30,943 bases of DNA from a virus (Duplodnaviria; Caudoviricetes): positions 1 through 30,943 of the IMG/VR virus record IMGVR_UViG_3300030376_001220; one strand, written 5' to 3'. Positions 26,301 through 30,943 of the stretch are shown here, piece after piece (position 1 is the first letter of the stretch; every line of letters starts with the position of its first letter). The notes beneath the pieces are model-generated. The model was given only the letters and a program-made list of their open reading frames with translations. It was not told the origin of the DNA and did no database searches. The position numbers and the translations under genes were made by a program.

Positions 26301-26358
26301 AAAAGAGGTACAAGAGTTTTTTGACAACTACAGATTGATAAGGTTTGATCTTAGATGA
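23305..26358 (+). CDS. Large internal virion protein (gp15-like position)
   Basis: 1017-aa helical protein after the gp14-like gene. Confidence 0.7.
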   Translation: MAIKRTITRQYGVRPVQMDTSSGALALAQASQNVANTISNVTKFVDDNQFQEAVLKAEIAGRQVGSQTIQDKNGNTIPKPLDQNTLNSFTADIYNKANIRKAQEYYKKEAINSYGLALQNHAVAEADMALAKNGGKINDKGKLIVDDFKDKYIDGIKGSIAPQVFDIISPALSKIWGQASRKASAIQIKEVRETQLFEATKYSEQLLAMETNLITNGTADEQEYEFIEREKARVFSIIDDNASSKQKSKQFQLAYNQSLQQNVSSNAVDLAYEAGVSIPDLLVMAFDTGKTFANDPNIDGIKIQKVMESKIAFYDKLDTENREKMRMDSSDLFSTLGLKILLNETVSENDISKMLLPDQLRFQKLRAAQLKLSTTQDVKDFNDNISNRLLALSFGDIKPAKPTDENIEVDGIGSFDTPAQLKKRAIVNEMNELVRLIGHKDTTVSVRSNIYKTLQKVHQANLAMTKDAFRANMEKMFTGSGGVVAQDPSTLLSFDYIQALKSKGFIGPDKKVNAYTEEDWVKRVSTYAKDWQKAIKKTHMLSQVGSFINNGVVLPKEHKVALEEIIGKTINVNGQVMPHDIFSDNEDVREKSIESLTKHAIAYKYIPQYAKNVFESIQTLEGDAFNHAKRLYESIKSAFMKDTPSNDSFFQQIAGDNVSGVNIQMMESAMFYRDSKTFLNVNSPKSANRNLSDIYPNSTLFGGTAKSEAEVFDLAAKEVFDTIDDNWFVRFFSNGVGGQPYESKVVDKFFAQSGVNNMEEAIFKEPLLKSEMMKYVKYQIAQGSVTADEKGLKVAIKHALYKFSGNMSLQEDRNGKIYLTRGVDIVKASQSNVPDGMGFLVTKDIINADVLSKYKQTFSVEGADPQLKEAIENGKFLYISNNNRVGNPTYRVVAETEDSRMITIADGYSFNYEGSQLQSDYTEAKQKISNGGVRSVFGYFDFMSQNNIKAVMESIDSNKDYTKGLASLFAGYNNMANTLGLKSISLPSVSNYLASDLGKKEVQEFFDNYRLIRFDLR

Positions 26359-29300
26359 TTGAAACACCACAATATACAGCAATAAAAAATAGTATATTAT
26401 CTGACTACGACAATATGGAAGCACCAGATATTGCTACAGCTAATGATGTCTATAAAAGTCCATTAGTTGCTCCTGAAGAATATACTTTTGGAGAATCATT
26501 TGAAGCTGGGTTTCGTCAATATGCACCAGCCCAGGCTATAATGAGATTGTTTGAAAACTTAGATTTCCAAGATGATCCAAGTTATGATCCATTAAAAGAT
26601 GAACAAATACCTGAAGGATATTCATATCGTTTTTTAAATAGTGCAAGTGAGCATGAAACAGCTGTACGTCTAGAAAGATTAGATGCTGACTTAGCTGATA
26701 TGGATATAGTAGAAAATGGTAATCTTCTTGCAGTAGGTTTAGGTGGACTTGTTTCTCCACTTACTTTAGCCCCAGTAGGTACATTTAAAACTCTGTCACA
26801 AACAAGTTTCCTCAAAAGGTTTGTTGGTAGTGCTGCCTTTACCTCTGCAATCTATGCACCTGAAGAACTATTGATAGCATCACAAAACGAAGGTAGAGGT
26901 GAAATAGGACAAACTCTTGTACCATTAGTAGGTGCAGCTTTAATTGGTGGCACAGTTGGTGGTATATTTGGAAGACGTATTACAGCTAATATGAATCCAG
27001 CAGAAGAGTTTGCACAAGATGGTGAGCAGACAATATTTAGAAGCGTTGGAGCAGCTGGTAATAATCCCAATAACTTGAGAGCATCTTTAGAAGCTGAGGG
27101 TTTAGCAGAAACAGGTATTAATCTAGAAAAACTAAAATGGAATCCAGTTACAAGACTTACACAAAGTGCTGTACTTGGTTCACGAAAGATTGCATCACAG
27201 TTAGTGGATATGGGTGGTGTTATCCAAAAGAAAGTACAGGGTGGTAAAGTTACTGGAGAAGCACAAGACCAATCTGTAGAAACGCAATTCAGAACAAATT
27301 ATCTTAGTTCATTGTTAGATGCTATTAGAGCAAGTGATACAGCATATCTTGCATTTAGAGGAGTAGAAGCAAAGTCTGGAGATATTGGTAGATCATTGCA
27401 AATGTTATCACAGAAAGGTAGGGATTTTATTAAAAGAAATTCTACATTATCTGAATTTGGTTTTCGTGAAAGAGTTACCAAAGCAATGAGAAATGGTGAT
27501 GTAGATCTAATAACAGATTCAGCAACACAGTTTGTTAATCAAGCAGCTACTGCTTATCGTAAACATTTAAACATGATCAAACAACAAGCTGAAGATGTAA
27601 AATTATTTGAGATTGATTTAGCTAAGAAAATCAAAGGGTTAGAACAAAAGGTTGCTGACGGATTAGCTGATGCTAGTGAATTAGTAAAAGCCAAAAATTT
27701 ATTGAACAAAATCAGGTCTGAGGGTGTGTTACTTAATACAGCTAGAGGCTATGTTCCTAGAGTTCCAAGACTTGATAAAATAGAAAAGAATGCTGAACAA
27801 TTTAAAATTATTGTAAGTAATTGGGCAATCGGTCATTTTGCAAATATGACACGTCAAGCAGCTGATAAGTATGCAGATAATATTATTCTGAATTACACAA
27901 AGAGCAGACCTTTCTACAATTTAGATGAGGGAACAGAACAGATAGATTGGATAACAAATGCATCAGGGGCAAAGGCCAGATCATTTGAAATACCTGATAA
28001 ATTAATAGAAGATTTCTTAGAAAACGATATTGAAGTTCTTATACGGCATCATACTAAAACAATGGGTGTCGATATAGAGTTAACTAGAAAGTTTGGCGAT
28101 GTATCTATGAAAAAAATTCTTGATGATATTGGTCAAGAATATGCTGCTAAAATAAGAGAAGCACCTACTATTGCAGAAAAACAAAAGCTAAAAGAAGGAC
28201 TTGCTAACGATCTTAGAGATGTAAGAGGACTTAGAGATAGGGTCAGGGGTACTTATGGTGCATCAAAAGATCCCCATAATATGGCTAGTAGATTTGTTAG
28301 GCAAATGAAATCATTCAATGTTTTAGTTGGAATGGGTGGAGCAGCTGTTTCGTCTATACCTGATATAGCTAGACCAATAATGGTTGAAGGTTTTAAGAAT
28401 GTATATGAGCATGGCTTTAGACATATGTTTAAATCACATAGATCTACAATAAAGCAAATGCTCGACAGAGAGGCTAAACAAGCTGGTATAGCCGTTGATG
28501 CTGCATTAGGGTTAAGAGCAAATGCATTCTCTGATGTAGGCGATTTATTTGGCAGTAGGTACGCAATGGAAAGAGCATTAAACTCTTCTACTGGTGTATT
28601 CTTTCTTATTAATGGATTGAACTATTGGAATCAGGCACTTAAAGAATTTTCAAGTAATATAATAACTTTAAGAATGACTGATGCGATAATGAGAGATTAT
28701 CAAAGAATTAGCAATATAGATCGAAGAAAGCTATTGGCAAATGGTATAGATGGTACTGATGCATTACGTATGCAACAATTAATTAGACAACATGGTCAAA
28801 GGGTAGATGGTGAATGGTTGCCAAATACTGCACTATGGCCAGATCAACAAATGGCACAAAAGTTTCGTAATGCACTTAATCAGTCAGTAGAAAGAACTAT
28901 AATAACCCCAGGGGCTGGTGATCGTGCATTATGGACATCTACTGAATTTGGATCATTAATAACTCAATTTAAAGGTTATGGTCAGGGTGCAACTGTAAGA
29001 TTACTTACGTCTGGGTTACAAGAAAAAGATGCATCATTTTGGCAAGGTGCATTAGTTTTAGTAGGTTTGGCATCTATGGTGAATGAACTTAAAAAGAAAC
29101 AATATGGTATAGACAAAGAACAATCATATACAGAGTTATTAGGTGATGCAGTAGATAGAAGTGGTGTATTGGGTTGGTTTACTGATGTTAATAATTCAAT
29201 AGAAAAATTATCTGACTATAAGTTTGGTCTTAGACCATTAATGGGTAGAAACGAATCTTACCTACCATTTGGTGCTAAAATGGGTGCTTTATTTGGCCCA

Positions 29301-29462
29301 GCAGCTTCTAATATCACAACTGCCTCAAGTGTTGCAAGTGATGCTTTAACAGGTGATTTTGATGAAAGTACTTTACGAAGTATGAGATTTATAACACCTA
29401 CAGGAAATTTGCCATACTTAGATCCTATATGGGATAATATTATGGCTGCTGATAGAAAGTAA
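26355..29462 (+). CDS. Large internal virion protein (gp16-like position)
   Basis: 1035 aa; GYVPR, DFLEND, TPGAGD, LITQFKGY, DRSGVLG, FGPA motifs. Confidence 0.75.
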   Translation: MIETPQYTAIKNSILSDYDNMEAPDIATANDVYKSPLVAPEEYTFGESFEAGFRQYAPAQAIMRLFENLDFQDDPSYDPLKDEQIPEGYSYRFLNSASEHETAVRLERLDADLADMDIVENGNLLAVGLGGLVSPLTLAPVGTFKTLSQTSFLKRFVGSAAFTSAIYAPEELLIASQNEGRGEIGQTLVPLVGAALIGGTVGGIFGRRITANMNPAEEFAQDGEQTIFRSVGAAGNNPNNLRASLEAEGLAETGINLEKLKWNPVTRLTQSAVLGSRKIASQLVDMGGVIQKKVQGGKVTGEAQDQSVETQFRTNYLSSLLDAIRASDTAYLAFRGVEAKSGDIGRSLQMLSQKGRDFIKRNSTLSEFGFRERVTKAMRNGDVDLITDSATQFVNQAATAYRKHLNMIKQQAEDVKLFEIDLAKKIKGLEQKVADGLADASELVKAKNLLNKIRSEGVLLNTARGYVPRVPRLDKIEKNAEQFKIIVSNWAIGHFANMTRQAADKYADNIILNYTKSRPFYNLDEGTEQIDWITNASGAKARSFEIPDKLIEDFLENDIEVLIRHHTKTMGVDIELTRKFGDVSMKKILDDIGQEYAAKIREAPTIAEKQKLKEGLANDLRDVRGLRDRVRGTYGASKDPHNMASRFVRQMKSFNVLVGMGGAAVSSIPDIARPIMVEGFKNVYEHGFRHMFKSHRSTIKQMLDREAKQAGIAVDAALGLRANAFSDVGDLFGSRYAMERALNSSTGVFFLINGLNYWNQALKEFSSNIITLRMTDAIMRDYQRISNIDRRKLLANGIDGTDALRMQQLIRQHGQRVDGEWLPNTALWPDQQMAQKFRNALNQSVERTIITPGAGDRALWTSTEFGSLITQFKGYGQGATVRLLTSGLQEKDASFWQGALVLVGLASMVNELKKKQYGIDKEQSYTELLGDAVDRSGVLGWFTDVNNSIEKLSDYKFGLRPLMGRNESYLPFGAKMGALFGPAASNITTASSVASDALTGDFDESTLRSMRFITPTGNLPYLDPIWDNIMAADRK

Positions 29463-29474
29463 TGTGAATTGATA
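29461..29474 (+). promoter_or_regulatory. Late promoter box 4 (AATGTGAATTGATA) upstream of the tail-fibre unit
   Basis: Intergenic copy of the conserved motif, overlapping the preceding stop codon. Confidence 0.55.
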
Positions 29475-29503
29475 AATTATCTATAAAAAGTAAAGGTATA
29501 AAA

Positions 29504-29656
29504 ATGGCAGAACTTACTGAAAAACAAAAGAATACAATGAAAAAACATAGTGTGCATCATACAAAGAAGCATATGAAGTTTATGAATAATAAAATGAAAC
29601 AAGGTATGTCATTTACAAAAGCACATAAACTGGCAATGAAAAAGGTTGGTGAATAA
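29504..29656 (+). CDS. Unannotated 50-aa Lys/Met/His-rich protein
   Basis: MAELTEKQKNTMKKHSVHHTKKHMKFM...AMKKVGE; AAGGT RBS; TAATG-coupled to the tail fibre. Confidence 0.7.
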   Translation: MAELTEKQKNTMKKHSVHHTKKHMKFMNNKMKQGMSFTKAHKLAMKKVGE

Positions 29657-30943
29657 TGGCTACTATATCGATTGCAGATAATGATGCACGTATACAACAT
29701 AGTATAGGTGGTGGAGGTAATACAGCTAACTCTACTCAGTTTACTATAGATTTTCCATTTTTTGCACTTGATGATATTAATGTAACGATAACCAATAGTT
29801 CAGGTGTTGATACAGTTCTAACAAGAGGTACTGGATCTAATACCTTTGCTGTTACAGGTACAGCTGTTGATGATGGATTCTCTGGTGGCAACATTACATT
29901 AGGATCTGTGTATACAAGTAGTACTGTTACTATATCCAGAGATATACCTATTGTAAGAACAAGTGACTTTGCTACTAGTGGGCCATTTAATATATCAAGC
30001 CTGAATACTGAGTTAGATAAAGTTTATGCAGTAATGCAGCAACTTGAAACCAAGAATGATCGTGCATTAACTATGGCAGAATCTGATGATGCTAATGAAA
30101 TTGCACTACCAAATAAGGCTTCTAGAAAAGGTAACGTCCTTGCTTTTAATGCAACAACAGGAGCAGCAGAAGCTGGGCCATCTATTGGATCAGTTACAAC
30201 AGTTTCATCACAATCAACTAATATTAATACATTAGCTGGGATATCATCGAATATTACAACAGTTGCTGGAATTTCATCTAATGTAAGCACTGTAGCTGGT
30301 ATATCAGGTAACGTCACAACAGTTGCTGGTATAACATCTAATATAGCATCTGTTGTTTCTAATGCATCAAACATAAACACAGTTGCTGGTTCTATAAGTA
30401 ATGTTAATACAGTTGCTGGTGCTATATCTAATGTAAACTCTGTAGCCAGTAATGCTTCGAATATAAATACTGTAGCTGGTAAAGCCTCATTAATAACATC
30501 ATCATTTGCATCTGATATGGCTTTGATAGATTCATCTTTTGTTACAAAAATGGGATTGGTAACAAGTGATTTTGTAACAGATATGGGATTAGTGACGGCA
30601 GATTTTATCTCTGATTTAAACGATATTGCTACTACAGCTATAATAGCAGATCTAGACTTATTGGCTACATCTGACTTTATATCTGATCTTAATGCAGTTG
30701 AAGGTATAAAAGCCAATGTAACTACAGTAGCTGGGATAAGTAGCAATGTTACTTCGGTAGCTGGTAACTCAAGCAATATTAACTCAGCCGTAAGCAACGC
30801 AAGTAATATAAATGCAGCAGTATCTAATGCTAGTAACATAAACTCAGCAGTAAGTAACGCATCTAATATTAACTCAGTAGTAAGCAATGCCAGTAATATA
30901 AATACTGTCGCTGGTGCAATAAGTAATGTTAATACTGTTGGTA
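29656..30943 (+). CDS. Tail fibre protein (3'-truncated by the window end)
   Basis: MATISIADNDARIQ..FTIDFPFFALDDINV..RTSDF..LNTELDK (gp17-like N-terminal anchor), then a repeat shaft; missing from the track because no stop occurs in the window. Confidence 0.9.
   Translation, partial: MATISIADNDARIQHSIGGGGNTANSTQFTIDFPFFALDDINVTITNSSGVDTVLTRGTGSNTFAVTGTAVDDGFSGGNITLGSVYTSSTVTISRDIPIVRTSDFATSGPFNISSLNTELDKVYAVMQQLETKNDRALTMAESDDANEIALPNKASRKGNVLAFNATTGAAEAGPSIGSVTTVSSQSTNINTLAGISSNITTVAGISSNVSTVAGISGNVTTVAGITSNIASVVSNASNINTVAGSISNVNTVAGAISNVNSVASNASNINTVAGKASLITSSFASDMALIDSSFVTKMGLVTSDFVTDMGLVTADFISDLNDIATTAIIADLDLLATSDFISDLNAVEGIKANVTTVAGISSNVTSVAGNSSNINSAVSNASNINAAVSNASNINSAVSNASNINSVVSNASNINTVAGAISNVNTVG
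30190..30943 (+). repeat. Degenerate 30-nt (10-aa) and 33-nt (11-aa) coding repeats in the tail-fibre shaft
   Basis: SNITTVAGIS/SNINSAVSNA decamers flanking LVTSDFVTDMG-type hendecamers. Confidence 0.85.

Noticed and set aside
1099-27481. Many 60-125 aa antisense or alternate-frame ORFs in the track (e.g. 1099-1332, 5397-5768, 5566-5859, 9106-9378, 11805-12155, 12909-13208, 17418-17714)
   Set aside because: They lie mostly or wholly within well-supported genes and lack RBSs and motifs
23305-29462. Virion RNA polymerase or lytic transglycosylase in the large internal proteins
   Set aside because: No DxDGD or single-subunit RNAP motifs and no clear ES/GLMQ SLT motif seen; a divergent domain cannot be excluded without HHpred
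30024-30887. 287-aa minus-strand repetitive ORF
   Set aside because: Antisense shadow of the repetitive tail-fibre gene; no RBS and against operon direction
1-30943. Stop-codon reassignment, introns/inteins, diversity-generating retroelement, integrase/att site
   Set aside because: Core genes are full length in the standard code with all three stops used; no RT, homing endonuclease, intein or recombinase motifs seen

Overview
About 31 kb of an AT-rich (roughly 35% GC by eye) podovirus-type dsDNA phage, most likely a marine alphaproteobacterial phage (host is inference), read from a circularly permuted position. Left to right: the end of the late arm with the lysis genes (holin, GH108 endolysin; + strand, 1-2098); an apparently complete early arm on the - strand (2084-10868) with Sak/DUF1071 annealase, YqaJ exonuclease, orphan ParB-like protein, DUF2958, DUF3310 and SSB, interrupted by an inverted HTH+RuvC pair; a ~620-bp non-coding divergence region that folds extensively (10869-11486); and a T7/BPP-1-like morphogenesis arm on the + strand (TerS, TerL, portal, scaffold, major capsid, tail tubular A/B, three internal virion proteins, tail fibre running off the window). 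No DNA polymerase, primase, helicase, RNA polymerase or integrase is recognisable. Best leads: (1) a ~510-nt multi-domain element that folds on the + strand and resembles clustered single-strand initiation/ssDNA-promoter signals, next to a plasmid leading-region-like gene set, in a phage with no visible replisome; (2) a conserved AATGTGAAWWGWYA box before four late transcription units; (3) a permuted papain-like enzyme next to MGxxxS virion proteins; (4) many tiny basic head-module proteins sharing a [KR]TMG motif; (5) apparent absence of SCGS tetramers. All family assignments come from motif recognition by eye; no database searches were run.
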